A stretch of DNA of 64,000 nt from Squalus acanthias (lineage: Eukaryota). The position numbers were made by a program, and so were the translations under genes. Shown here one piece after another: positions 36,770 through 50,385 of this stretch (positions within the stretch are counted from its first letter, which is position 1; the number at the start of each line of letters is the position of its first letter). The notes beneath the pieces are model-generated. The model was given only the letters and a program-made list of their open reading frames with translations. It did no database searches and was not told where the DNA came from. The stretch lies in contig CM059432.1 in NCBI GenBank assembly GCA_030390025.1, positions 13,020,001 through 13,084,000 of the forward strand, written 5' to 3'.

Positions 36770-38125
36770 AAAATATGCTAGAGTCTATTATAAAAGATGT
36801 AATAGCAGAGCACTTGGAAAACAGTGATAGGATCGGACAAAGTCAATATGGATTTACAAAAGGTAAATCATGCTTGACTAATCTACTGGAATTTTTTGAG
36901 AATGTAACTGGTAGAATAGATAAGGGAGAACCAGTGGATGTGGTGTATTTGGACTTCCAGAAGGCTTTCGACAAGGTCCCGCATAAGAGATTAGCATGCA
37001 AAGTTAAAGCACATGGGATTGGGGGTAAGGTACTGACTTGGATAGAGAACTGGTTGGCAGATAGGAAGCAGAGTTGGAATAAATGGGTCTTTTTCCGAGT
37101 GGCAGGCAGTGACTAGTGGGGTACCGCAGGGATCGATGCTAGGGCCCCAGCTGTTCACAATATATATTAATGATTTAGACGAGGGAACTAGATGTACTAT
37201 CTCCAAGTTTGCAGATGACACAAAGCTGGGTGGGCAAGTGTGCTGTGAGGAGGATGCAGAGAAACTCCAATATGATTTGGACAGGTTGGGTGAGTGGGCA
37301 AATGCATGGCAGATGCAGTATAATGTGGATAAATGTGAGGTTATCCACTTTGGTGTCAAAAACAGGAAGGCAGATTATTATCTGAACGGCAATAGATTGG
37401 GAGAAGGGGAAGTGCAACGAGACCTGGGTGTCCTTGTGCACCAGTCGCTGAAGGTAAGCATGTAGGTGCAGCAGGCGGTTAAGAAGGCAAATGGTATGTT
37501 GGCCTTCATAGCGAGAGGATTCGAGTACAGGAGCAGGGATGTCTTGCTGCAGTTGTACAGGGCCTTGGTGAGACCACACCTTGAGTATTGTGTGCAGTTT
37601 TGGTCACCTTATCTGAGGAAGGATGTTCTTGCCATGGAGGGAGTGCAGCGAAGATTCACCAGATTGATACCTGGGATGGCAGGGATGACGTATGAAGAGA
37701 GATTGGGTCGATTAGGCTTGTATTCGCTAGAGTTTAGAAGAATGAGAGGGGATCTCATTGAAACTTATAAAATTCTAACAGGACTAGACAGACTAGATGC
37801 AGGAAGGATGTTCCCGATGGCGGGGGAGTCCAGAACCAGGGGTCACAGTCTAAGATAAGGGGTAAGCCATTTAGGACTGAGATGAGGAGGAATTTCTTCA
37901 CCCAGAGAGTGGTGAACCTGTGGAATTCTCTGCCACAGAAGGCAGTTGAGGCCAAATCATTAAATATATTCAAGAAGGAGTTAGATATATTTCTTAAGGC
38001 TAAAGGGATCAAGGGATATGGGGAGAAAGCAGGGACAGGGTACTGAATTTGATCTCATTGAATGGCAGAGCAGGCTTGAAGGGCCGAATGGCCTTCTCCT
38101 GCTCCTATCTTCTATGTTTCTATGT
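36770..38125 (+). mobile_element. CR1 LINE ORF2 RT domain + 3' tail (few disablements)
   Basis: [43 protein letters not shown] and tail (TTCTATGT)n. Ends ~90 bp upstream of exon 4. Confidence 0.95.
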
Positions 38126-38215
38126 TACGCATTGACCGATGCATAAAGTTAAATCATAACACTAACCAATTCCATAATTGATCACTTAGAATTTCTACTT
38201 CTCTTATCATTTCAG

Positions 38216-38537
38216 AATCACGATCATTCCTGCATAGCCTGTCGGATAATCTACCGATCAGATGAGCATCACCCCCCCATTCTACCCCCAAAGGCAGACC
38301 TGACAGTGGGGCTGCACGGCCAATGGGCGAGCCAGCGGTGTGAGGTGCGGCCTGAGGTGCTCTTCCTCACCCGGCACTTCATATTCCATGACAACAACAA
38401 CACTTGGGAAGGACATTACTTCCATTTCTCGGACCCTGTGTGCAAGCATCCAACTTTCACCATCTACGCCAAGGGCCGTTACAGCCGAGGAATCCCTTCA
38501 ACCAAAGTAATGGGAGGAACAGAGTTTGTGTTTAAAG
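38216..38537 (+). CDS. APCDD1: APCDD1 coding exon 4
   Basis: Acceptor catttcAG| at 38215, donor G|GTAATA at 38537/38538, 322 nt. Encodes [29 protein letters not shown]...[25 protein letters not shown]...MGGTEFVFK. Confidence 0.97.
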
Positions 38538-40388
38538 GTAATACGAAGTTAATCAATCAATATTTTTGTCTGTGAACCCCATAGAGGTTAGGGGAATTGT
38601 TTCTTGTCCCATCAGGAGCAATATCATCATCATTTGCACAAGCCAACTGCCCACTCCTAGTATTGATACTCATAGTATTCGATTTAGCCATTGACTACTC
38701 AGCTCTTCGCTAATGAAGAGGTTAAACAATGCAATTATGTTAAAAAAAAGAGTCGAGGTGAAACCAATACTAACCGCCAGTGTGATTTTTGGTTTTAGGC
38801 AAGGAAAGTAAAATCCATTCAATTACAGTGCTCTTAAATGTGCAACACAAATCCAATGAAATATAAGTCCTATATAGATGAGCTAGGCATCATTGGAGCC
38901 AGGATTACCTTCTTCAAAGTTCCATTGGTCTCTAGCTTCTCTCTCAGTGTGACCTCAATGAAATTGACAAAAAAAAACACCCTCTGAGATAGTGCGGTAA
39001 ACTTTCGTCTTCACCACTTTGGCGGAGCAGATTGCCCATCCGCCATTGAAATCAATTGAATAGAAATTGGTGGGTTCTATAACAGGTGGATGATCCACTC
39101 CGTCGGATTACCACGGTGAAGAGGAAAAATTACCCCCACTATATCAATAGACCCATCTCTGGCTACTGATGGCCAGCTGAGCAAGGATTAACAGTCTTGG
39201 ATAGAAACTTCTGCACTTGGGCCAAAGTCAAAGGCTTGGTTCCAGTCAAGCCGCATTATTAAGAAGAACTTGTGTGCTGTCCCGGAGGAGTTACCGGATA
39301 GCAACCTGATTCTTCCTATTCGTAGCTTCTTAAGAAAATCTTCGCTGCGTGTGCATGAATTTCTGATATGTACTGCTGGTAGGGTTGCCAACTTTGGTTG
39401 CATGCAATCCTGGAGCTTTCATCACATGACCTCCTGCCTTCAACTGCCCCGCCTCCCACTCTCCTGCCATTGGTCACCCAACACGTCCATCCTCAAAGCG
39501 CACCACGTTCCCCAGCCAATTTGAAAGCCGATTGGATGATTCTTGACCGTCAAAACAATGGCCCGGATTTTGCGGTGGTAATGACGGCGAACTGTTAGCG
39601 TTCACCATCACTACCCCACTTCAGGATTTAGTGCGTGCGCAGATAAACGCGGAGATCCTGAAGTTGCGGTCAGTCATTCCCTGTTCCGCCACAGGGTGCA
39701 CTGTGGAACTCCCCGTAGCCGGCAATCAGTGAAATCACTTGAACTGATGAAAACTTAAGCTTTTCCAACCTAATTGCGTTGTTAAATACCCCATTAAAAA
39801 TCAAGCCTTGTTGGAATAAGTGCAACTGGTGTTTTAACGGCGTTTTTTTAAAATTCGTTCATGAGATGTGGGCGTCGCTGACAAGGCTAACATTTATTGC
39901 CCATCCCTAATTGCCCATGAGAAGGTGGCGGTGAGCCGCCTTCTTGAACCGCTGCAGTCCGTGTGGTGAAGGTACTCCCACAATGCTGTTAGGGAGGGAG
40001 TTCCAGGATTTTGACCCAGTGACGATGAAGGATCGGCGATTATATTTCCAAGTCAGGAGGGTGTGTGACTTGGAGTTGATGGTGTTCCCATGCGCCTGCT
40101 GCCCTTGTCCTTCTAGTTGGTAGAGGTCGTGGGTTTGGAAGGTGCAGTCGAAGAAGTATTGGCTGCTGAACAACCATTCTGGATCTGAAAAACTAATTTT
40201 ATATTTGTAGAATATGAAATTTCTCCATTATGATAGAAAATTACTAGGTTTTAAAATAATTTTAAAAATATATTTTTTTAAAGTTTGTTTATGATTTTCA
40301 GCTTCTACCTAAACCCCATGTGTATGTCCCAATCTTTATTTCGGTCTCTGTAAAATTTTAAAAAGTGAATTGAATCGGTGCTTTTTAC

Positions 40389-40812
40389 GCTCTCGACCTC
40401 TCTCTTCAGCAGCACCGACTCACTCCGATTCAAAGCTGTCCTAGTCCGCAGTTCCATTTCATCCTTCGCCTCATCCGGCGCTTTAACAAAAAACTTTGTT
40501 TCTTCCTTTTAGGTGGCAAGGATCGTAAGCTTCAACAACTCTTGGAAACCAACACTCCTCCGGAACCTTCTTTCTCTCCTGCCTTCCATCCTATCACAGA
40601 CCTTCCCTTTTGTTCTTTCCTCCCCTCCCCCCTTTCCCTACACTTGCTTAAAAACCTGTTACATCGCTAACTTTTTCCAGTTCTGACGAAAGGTCACCGA
40701 CCTGAAACGTTAACTCGGTTTCTCGCTCCACAGATGCTGCCTGACCTGCTGAGTAATTCCAGCATTTTCTGTTTTTATTTCAAATTTCCAGCAGGCGCAG
40801 TATTTTGCTTTT
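40389..40812 (+). mobile_element. Penelope-like element fragment (family B): probable ORF N-terminal remnant joined to the terminal repeat
   Basis: Remnant LDLSLQQHRL...FHFILRLIRR...DRKLQQL, then the terminal repeat shared with 5002-5198. The ORF assignment is from recall. Confidence 0.65.
40679..40715 (+). ncRNA. Putative minimal type I hammerhead ribozyme
   Basis: AGTT-CTGACGA-A-AGGTC-acc-GACCT-GAAA-CG-TT-AACT: stem I AGTT/AACT, CUGANGA, 5-bp stem II, GAAA and palindromic AACGTT. Confidence 0.7.
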
Positions 40813-41128
40813 CACAGAATCACAGAATCCCCACAGTGCAGATAGAGGCCATTTCGGCCCATCAAGCCTGCACCGACACATATCCCACCCTATCCCCGTA
40901 ACCCCACGTATTTAATCCCCCTAACACTAAGGGTCAATTTATCATAGCCAAATCAACCTAACCCGCACATCTTTGGACTGTGGGAGGAAACCGGAGCACC
41001 CAGAGGAAACCCACGCAGACACGGGGAGAATGTGCAAACTCCACACCGACAGTCACCCGAGGCTGGATTCGAACCCGGGTCCCTGGCGCTGTGAGGCAAC
41101 AGTGCTAACCACTATGCCACCGTGTTGC
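40813..41128 (-). mobile_element. Full HE1/V-SINE-like tRNA SINE
   Basis: A-box TGGCATAGTGG, B-box GGTTCGAATCC, V-domain and tail (GATTCTGT)n. Confidence 0.85.
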
Positions 41129-42362
41129 TTTTGTCTTTTTTATTTCATGGTTTGCTGTCTGTGAGAGAATTCTTCAATGTGATTGGCTGCTTGGACAGCT
41201 TGATGACATCACTGCTGCAGTGCGCTGGGGATCCCCTATTGACTGCGCTACAATCAATTTAACGTCGAGAAAGCTTTGAGTTCTCGCCACCGAGATGGCG
41301 AGATCTTTGTGGGAAGCTTTCTTCGAGGTCAGCGGCGATCGCCGTCGTTTTTCCGCTGACCGCAAATTCCAGGCCAACCTTTTTATACCGTCTTCAATAT
41401 TTTTTAGAACTAATAAATAAAAGTGTTTAAAGAAAATGCAAAATAAAAACCCCACTTTTTTTTATAATAACCCAATGATTTTTTCTCCTGGGCTGCTCAC
41501 GGCAGTGTCCTGGAGATTAATCTTCAATTTCTGGAGACTCTTGAACAATCCTGGAGGGTTGGCAATCCCAGCTGCTGGCAAGTGAGGCTCCCTGTCAGCA
41601 GTGAGAGCTCATAAATTATCCTCTGTGAGTTATTCTTTCACCTCAGGCAAGGAGACTGCAGAAAACCATCGTCTGCTCTCATGGGAAACCTGGTGCACCT
41701 GTCACAAACACCCAGTGCGAGCACCCAGCGCATGTGCTCACGTTACTATTAAGGCCGCCACGTCACTGTTTCTGTGCCCAAGAGTGCAGAGCTGAATATT
41801 GCACAATTCCACAACAATGCTAATATTGCGTTATGAATGATTATGCGCATGTGCTCAGCATGCACAGGACTGCCAAAAAGTGCAACACTTGCTGGCATTC
41901 CACCTCCTATAGCAATGGAATGACTGAGTGTTACTTTATCACACAATGCAGGCATTCAAATACTGGAAGCAAAAGCATTAGATGTATTCATAGGTTGTGA
42001 TGTGTCCAAATGACTCTTTCCAGACTGGCTCCTACTGTTGCAAATTCAAACCACTTTATCTTTGACCTTTTTTTGTTACTTACAGGGCAATATAATTTTA
42101 CAAATTACATAATTATATGCTCGAGTGTAAAGACATCCATAATATGGTGGACTGGACATGACTTTTTTCTTTCTCTGTATGTCGGTGTTAAATTTTATGC
42201 TCCAAGTGCACACCTGCCGTTTAGGCACGTTAAATTATTTCATTCCCCTCCCCAGTTTTGAAAATTTATTAATCTGTTCTTTGAGGCAGCAAATATGTGT
42301 CTTGTAGCTGGTGAGAGGCTCTGCACAAAGGAGAGCAAGGAATGCTCCACCAAATCAATAAT

Positions 42363-43276
42363 GGCCCGGATTTTTTGCGGTCGGTGGCGTAATTAAGGAT
42401 TACGCTGCCAGCATCCCGAGTCGAATGCGCACTCGTCTGTTGTGTGGCCCCAAAGGAAAAGTTGCTGTGAGCTGCCGCAGAGTTGAGCACAGCGTAGTGG
42501 CCCACGGGTCCCGGGGCGCACCGTGCACGTAAGCATACCTGGGAATCACGTGGGCCGGTGCTCTATCAACAAACAGATGGTCTAGCAAAACTTGCATATT
42601 AACATCGCGAGTGCAATGCTTTCTTCTGCAAACTATTTGTTAAGAGCTGGAACTCCCTCCCTAACAGCACTGTGGGAGGACCTTCACCACACGGACTGCA
42701 GCGGTTCAAGAAGGCGGCTCACCACCACCTTCTCAAGGGCAATAAGGGATGGGCAATAAATGCTGGCCTTGTCAGCGATGCCCTGATCCCATAAACAAAT
42801 TTTAAAAAAGAATGACTCTCATGCTGACATCTCAGAGTTGTAAATGCAGAAACATGCAGAAATGCACAAAATTTCTCTTGCTATTTGTTGAGTTAATCCC
42901 CAACTAAATTAATCACGAAATCATGTCAAGTAGTGGACACCATGGACAAAATCCTGTGGGTCATATGTAAATGCCTCCATTTCCGGCCTCGTATACCTTT
43001 TAAAATTACTAGGATTTGCCAGGAGGCCCTGCGCCTCTTTGCACCAGCCGTAACATTTTCAGACCTAACTGCTGGGCCGTTGGTGGCAATTAGCCCAACT
43101 CTGCGCCAGCAATAAGGATTTCCATGTCGGTGCAGATCATCTGTCAAGTCGGAACTTGACATATCGCAAGCGCATGCGGAAAATCCCGAACTTGCTGTCC
43201 ACTTCAAAGGCGGTATGATGGCGTACTCTGAGAGTACGCTGAGAGAACGCTGTCATACCGACCCAAAACCCGGGCC
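42363..43276. mobile_element. Harbinger-type MITE containing a LINE tail (42647-42810)
   Basis: TIRs GGCCCGGATTTT / AAAACCCGGGCC and 3-bp TSD AAT. Confidence 0.8.
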
Positions 43277-43589
43277 AATAATTTTACTACAGGTACAATT
43301 TATTTCTGAAGCGGTATGGTTGCCATTGCGTGCAAGAGATGGCACAGGGGCCTCCTGGGTGCCTCCCATTTCCCACATTTTTACCTGAGCTAATCAGAAC
43401 AAACATCATTGGAAGTGTGCGCACTACCTTAGCCAAGTTTTTGGTTTTTAAATGTATGCAGCTTGACGAGTGGCTGAGCAGCACTGTTGGAGGTGGGCTC
43501 TCTTGTCCCTTCAGTTGTACATTAGCTATAACACATCCATCTCACCGAATGTGCACAGAGTAAAGATGTGTATTCCTGAGAGTGCGTTA

Positions 43590-44104
43590 GAAACATAGAG
43601 AAATAGGAGCAGGAGTAGGCCATTCGGCCCTTCGAGCCTGCTCCACCATTCAATATGATCATGGCTGATCCTCTATCTCAATACCATATTCCCGCTCTCT
43701 CCCCATACCCCTTGATGCCTTTTGTGTCTAGAAATCTATCTATCTCCTTCTTAAATATATTCAGTGAGTTGAAATTTCTCCTCAACTCAGTCCTAAATGT
43801 CCTACCCCGTATCCTGAGACTGTGACCCACTCGTTCTGGACCCCACAGCCAGGGGAAACATCCTCCCTGCATCCAGTCTGTCTAGCCCTGTCAGAATTTT
43901 AGACGTTTCAATGAGATCCCCTCTCATTCTTCTAAACTCTAGTGAATACAGGCCTAGTCGACCCAATCTCTCCTCATACGACAGTCCTGCCATCCCAGGA
44001 ATCGGTCTGGTGAACCTTCGCTGCACTCTCTCTATGGCAAGTATATCCTTTCTTAGGTAAGGAGACCAAAACTGCACACAGTACTCCAGGTGTGGTCTCA
44101 CCAA
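43590..44104 (-). mobile_element. CR1 LINE 3' fragment
   Basis: [20 protein letters not shown]...RRMRGDLIE and CR1 tail. Confidence 0.9.
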
Positions 44105-44455
44105 TGGGAGAAGAAAAATGAGCTCCCATTGAAAGCATTCTCGTTGCACTGAGTGACTTCACTCCCATTGTTGGGGTAGAGGAGAGAGAACGTTACTCTG
44201 CATCTAAATCACACTATACGTGGCCTGGGACTGCTTGAGGCTGATACTGGGTGCCCAAAATGGGAAAGTTTTCCATTTCCCACTGTTAAAATCCCTCGCC
44301 TTGATGAGCACAAAAATGCACCCAAGAAAACATCAAAATTAAAACCCACAAACATCCCCAACATTTATAAAACTATCTGAAATATCTTCACTAGGAGCAG
44401 TTGCCACCCAAATTCAGTGTGGGCAATAGTACAGAGGGTACAAGTTTAATATTAA

Positions 44456-44947
<492 letters not shown>

Positions 44948-46180
44948 GCACAACCTCGTCTTCCTATGGCTTCTATGATGGAAAACTCTGTAACCAGAGT
45001 TTCTTTCTCCATCCAGTTTATTTACTTGACGCACTTCAATGCCTAAATACTGTTCCTCCATTTGAAGGCGTCAGTATGATTTTTCCACTTTGAACTCCCT
45101 CCAGTCAATTTCAGACATGGAACGAGTAGCATCTACTGCACAACAGTAACAGCACTTTATTACGATGGAAGATTTTATCCGGCACGCGCATGTAAAAAAT
45201 GTACATAGTTTGCCAAGTATATTCAAGCGAATGTCGTCTGTGGCATTCTCCTCCCAATGACTGTGTGCTTCAGGTAACTCCGGAGGGTACTTTTAATTGG
45301 TAAATTGAACTAGTGTTTGTATATTTGAATCAAGAATTTCAATGTGCAAAATCTGGAGTTGCAAAAACAAACTATGGCTAACAGGTAAAAAGGAGCTACT
45401 GTCTTCCATAAACAGGAACTCTAGTAAAAAATAATTAAGGTATTTTTGAAAATACTGCTTCTACATTTTATTTTTCCTTACGTGGATACAAGTAATTATT
45501 TGTATCATTTCTATAAAAGTTAACAAAATTTCTGCTGTGGATTTTGTGTGGCACTTGTTCTCCAGTTACTTTGTTAAAAATCTAGGTGTAGGTTCGACAT
45601 TATTTATATACCAAGCCACCAGATATGTTTTTACTGGTTTGTTCTTAACTTTTGGCATAATTAATTTTTGTATGAGCTTAATGTGATTTCTAAAATCATA
45701 TTTTTGAAAAGTGCATTTGGGCAATTATATAATAACTAAATCATTATACCGTGGTTTAAATATTTTCTGATTTAAATGTGTTGTCTGTTTGTTACTCCCT
45801 CTTCCTTAATCAGTTCTACAAAAAAGCACAAAGGCTTCAGATCAAAACAATAGTGTTTCATAGTTTTCTTAAACTGCAAATGAAAATTCCATAATCGTGT
45901 CTATGTGCCACGAAGGCATTATTCAAAACATGTCCTAATATTTAATTTAGTGCAAGGCTATTACAAGTCATTTGAGAACCTTGTGATGTTTTCATATAAT
46001 TTATAATGGTAGACTGTAATTGCTAACTTTAAACGGTGCATTAATGATTTCAGCATTATTCCAACAAAATACCAAATAATGTGCTATCTGAGTCTTTAGA
46101 AGAAGCACTAGCTGATGGACTCTTTGTAGGGATTGCTATCTTTAAGTTACACTGAATAAAGTTGCACTTGCAAGATTAAA
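44948..46180 (+). other. APCDD1: APCDD1 3' UTR with polyadenylation signal AATAAA (46155-46160)
   Basis: AT-rich stretch after the stop codon with no recognisable TE. AATAAA at 46155 and ATTAAA at 46175. The exact cleavage site is not determinable from sequence. Confidence 0.6.
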
Positions 46181-47004
46181 TCACAGTCCGCTTTCATACC
46201 TAAACTAGGGGCTAAGGGAAAACAATTGTGTTGTTGAGGTGCTGTGACCCAAGAAACACAATTAAAAAATCTCTGTTAATACTATGCCATTTAACTTTTT
46301 TTTAAAAAGGAGCTGAACAATAAGAAATGCATTGTTAGAATAACCAAAAGAACAGATCTTGACTATTATGGCACCGAACCTGTTGGGACCCAGGAATGTT
46401 ACCTGGGAAACAGATGTGAGAGCTAAACAATGTAAGCTTCATATTTTGCAATGTTATGCTCAATGACTTTTGGGAGTCAGAGAGAAATGTCACTGATTCT
46501 CCTCTTGGAAGTAGTATTTGCACTCTATCACCTCCACTGGTGGATTGAAGTAAATTAGGGACAGTGCAAATATATAAATACATATAGATATATATATATA
46601 CACCCACTCACACACGGAGTAGATTGACTAATGACTAATTTTTTTTTATTCGTTTATGGGATGTCGGTGTCACTGGCAAGGCCAGCATTTATTGCCCATC
46701 CCTAATTGCCCTTGAGAAGGTGGTGGTGAGCCGCCTTCTTGAACCGCTGCAGTCCGTGTGGTGAAGGTACTCTCACAGTGCTGATAGGGAGGGAGTTCCA
46801 GGATTTTGACCCAGCGACGATGAAGGATCGGCGATATACTTCTAAGTCAGGATGGTGTGTGACTTGGAGGGGAACTTGGAGGTGATGGTGTTCCCATGCG
46901 CCTGCTGCCCTTGTCCTTCTAGGTGCTAGAGGTCGCGGGGTTTGGGAGGTGCTGCCGAAGAATACATACTAGTCAATTTCCTGTGGCATTGCACGAGGGG
47001 GGGA

Positions 47005-47196
47005 GGTCATTTTGACTTTGTGCGATAGTGTAATAAGGGGGGATAGTGAAGCGGCAGCCCCATTTACATCGCTCCCGATTTTTTATTTCTATTAACTTCA
47101 ATGCAAATAAAAATCGGGAGAGATGTAAAACAGGCTGCCGATTCATTATCACCCATTTTACACTATCACCCGTTTTACCACCAGAGAGTCAAGACC
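47005..47196. mobile_element. Palindromic MITE-like element
   Basis: Internal arms CGGCAGCC...TTTACATCGCTCCCGATTTTTTATTT / AAATAAAAATCGGGAGAGATGTAAAA..GGCTGCCG. Confidence 0.6.
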
Positions 47197-47414
47197 AAGT
47201 GCAGTCTTCAGGTGAAGCAGGGTTAGAGGGCAGGGGGTAATTGGTGCAGGATGTGCAGACCTAATTCAGTCCCATTTTAAATCTGTACATTCTGTCCTCA
47301 TTGTCGTATTTCCATTATAAATGACTGCGGCGATGTATGTAATATAAACCGCTTATGTAAACTTGCCATGTTGTAATTACACCCTCCTGCAGCGGAGTTC
47401 GGGCAGTGCAATTA

Positions 47415-48283
47415 GAAAGAAACAACTTGCATTTATATAGCGCCTTTCACGACCTCAGAACATCCCAAAGCGCTTCACAGCCAATTCATTACTTTTGAAG
47501 TGTCGTCACTGTTGTAATAAAGGACGAAGCAGCAACCAACTTGCGCACAGCAATATCCCACAAACAGCAGTGAGATAAATAACCAGATAATCTGTTTTAG
47601 TGATGTTGGTGGAGGGATAAACATTGGCCAGGACACCAGGGAGAACTCTTCTTCGAAATAGTGCCATGAGATCTACATCCACCTGAGAGGGAAAACGGGG
47701 CTTCAGTTTAATGTCTCATCCGAAATACAGCCCCTGCGACAGTGCAGCACTCCCTCAATACTGCAGTAAAGTGCTCAATCTGTGGAGTGGGTCTTGACAG
47801 AGAGATTGAGTAGAATGGGCCTTTACTAGCTGGAGTTTAGAAGAATGAGAGGTGATCTCATTGAAACATATAAGATTCTGAGAGGGGTCGACAGGGTAGA
47901 AGCTGAGAGGCTGGTTCCCCTGGCTGTAGAGTCTAGAACTACGGGGCATTGTCTCAGAATAAGGGGTCGGCCATTCAGGACTGAGATGAGGAGAAATTTC
48001 TTCACTCAGAGGGTTGCGAATCTCTGGAATTCTCTACCCCAGAGGGCTGTGGAGGCTCAGTCTTTGAGTATATTCAAGGCTGAGATTGATAGATTTTGTG
48101 GACTGTAGGGGAATCAAGGGATATGGGGATCGGGCGGGAAAGTGGAGTTGAGATCCAAGATCAGCCATGATCTTATTGAATGGTGGAGCAGGCTCGAGGG
48201 GCCGTACAGCCTATCCTGCTCCTATTTCTTATGTTCTTCTGACTCAGAGGTGTGAGTGCTACCCACTGAGCCAAGACTGACAC
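47415..48283 (-). mobile_element. Deu-like SINE (-) interrupted by a CR1 3' end (+, ~47800-48236)
   Basis: SINE body at 47415-47765 and head at ~48236-48283 flank a CR1 fragment (MRGDLIETYKILRG...). Confidence 0.8.
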
Positions 48284-49084
48284 CCTAAGCTACAGCCTGA
48301 GAAGTTTCACTTTAGCGGTTTCCATTATAAATGCGGGCACAGGAATTTATAATGGAAAAGTTTAACAGTAAATGTGCATGGACGAAAGATTGTTATTATT
48401 TTTCTAATCAATCAGTCATAGCATGGCACTCTGGGAGTCAAGACCGAGTGTAGTCTTTGGCTGCAGTGGGGTGACGAGGCCCGAGGCTATTTGGACCAGA
48501 CGTAATTCAGTCCCTATTTTAAAGTCATACATTTTGTACTTATTTTTATATTTCCATTGTAAATTCCTTATGCGCACATTTAGAATGGAAGATTTTATGT
48601 AAACTTATCACACTATAATTACACCCGCCTGGCAGTTTAATTGGATAGTTTAACTACATTTTAAAGTTATTCATTAGTGGTTTGAGGGGACTAAGGAAAA
48701 GTATTGAGCCAAAGCAGTTTTCCAATGTAAGGAATGGAAAAAATATGGAACAGGAAGTCAATCCAGGCTGGTGTTGTACACTTGCTAGTTTTCCGATAGA
48801 TCAGGGATAGATCAAGGAGGTAAGCTAGGGAAAGCCCGAGACAAAGTACATTGAGGTACAAAATCAGAACAGAAAGTTCGAACATTCATATGTATTAAAT
48901 AGTTATGAGCCCAACCTATTGCTTCCAATAAGAGTTTTATTTCCCTGACAGAATTAGACAAGGAAGATTTTCTTTTTTACTAATTTCATAGCAAGACCTA
49001 TAGTGGTAAAATTAGTCACTACAGCTCCACATAGTAAGGACAGAAACAAATTACTTGTATTAAAACAAGTGCTATGTATATAAA

Positions 49085-49520
49085 GCTGTGGCTCAGTGGG
49101 TAGCACCCTCGCCTCTGAGTCAGAAGGTTGTGGGTTCAAGTCCCACTCCAGAGACTTGAGCACAAAAATCTAAGCTGACACTCCAGCGTAGTGCTGAGGG
49201 AGTGCGGTGCTGTCTTTTGAATGAGACGTTAAACCAAGGCCTCGTCTGCTCTCTCAGGTGGACGTAAAAGATCCCATGGCACTATTTCAAAGAAGAACAG
49301 GTGAGTTATCCTCGGTGTCCTGGCCAATATTTATCCCTCAATCAACATAACTAAAACAGATTATCTGACATTATCACATTGCTGTTTGTGGGAGCTTGCT
49401 GTGCGCAAATTGGTTGCTGCGTTTCCTACATTACAACAGTGGACTACACTCCAAAAAAGTACTTCATTGGCTATAAAGCGCTTTGGGACGTCTGGTGGTA
49501 GTGAAAGGCGCTATATGAAT
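49085..49520 (+). mobile_element. Complete Deu-domain-like tRNA SINE (SacSINE1-like)
   Basis: A-box TGGCTCAGTGG, B-box GGTTCAAGTCCC, central domain and L2-type tail. Confidence 0.85.
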
Positions 49521-49953
49521 ATATATATATATATTCAGTAGAAGCACAGTAATAGTTGCATTACAAATCTGCAACAGTCAACATGATAAAATGTAACATA
49601 GTTATATACAAATATGTACATCACAGAGGAAAATTATAACCAAACTAACTTTCACAGTGAGAATTCTTGTATAGCATTTAGCTTCAGGTGGAGGATCCTA
49701 ATCTCAATACAAACCTGGTAAGATATTTGGGGACTGAGAACAGATTGCAAGCACACACAAGCGCAACACAACCCTCCTGCAATTTGCCTCAGGTAGTAAA
49801 ACTCTACACCAGTATTATTAGTGGCAGCTTTGCCCAGTTGAGTCAGAAGGTTGTGGGTTCAGACCTTTACCAGGCTTGAGCACATAATCTAGGCAGACAC
49901 TCCAGTGCAGTTCTGAGGGACTGCTGCTTTGACACCCTTTAAATCAGATTGGA

Positions 49954-50385
49954 GGGAATGGTAGTATAGTGGTAATGTTACTGGGCTATTAATCCAGAGG
50001 CCTGGACTGATGATCTGGGAGACGTGAGTTCAAATCCCACCACGGCAGCTGGGGACTTTAAATTCAGTTGAATAAAAATCTGGAATAAAAAGCTAGTGTC
50101 AGTAATGGTGACCATGTAACTACTGGATTGTTGTAAAAACCCATCTGGTTCACTAATACCCTTCAGGGAAGGAAATCCGCCGTCCTTACCCGGTCTGGCC
50201 TATTGTGACTCCAGACTCACAGCGATGTGCTTCACTCTTAACTGCCCTCTGAGGAAATGGCCTAGCAAGCCACTCAGTTGTCAAGGAGACGGCTCACCAC
50301 CACCTTCTCAAGGGCAATTTGGGACGGGCAATAAATACTGGCCTTGCCAGCGATGCCTCACATCCCGTGAATGAATAAATAAAAG
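49954..50385 (+). mobile_element. Full tRNA SINE (Meta-domain-like core)
   Basis: Homologous to 34181-34615. Confidence 0.8.

Larger units (their letters stand above)
39560..41375. mobile_element. Harbinger-type MITE nested in the hAT MITE
   Basis: TIRs GGCCCGGATTTTGCGGT / ACCGCAAATTCCAGGCC, flanks AAT/AAC. Confidence 0.75.
39380..41570. mobile_element. hAT (Blackjack-like) MITE hosting nested insertions
   Basis: TIRs TAGGGTTGCCAAC / GTTGGCAATCCCA and 8-bp TSD ACTGCTGG / GCTGCTGG. Confidence 0.7.

Noticed and set aside
36775..37858. Functional reverse transcriptase gene
   Set aside because: A 5'-truncated CR1 with a frameshift and an in-frame stop (TAG at 37463-37465).
41040..41128. tRNA-like sequences (also ~12960-13028, 34181-34270, 49085-49150, 49954-50045)
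   Set aside because: They are SINE heads followed by SINE bodies, not tRNA genes.
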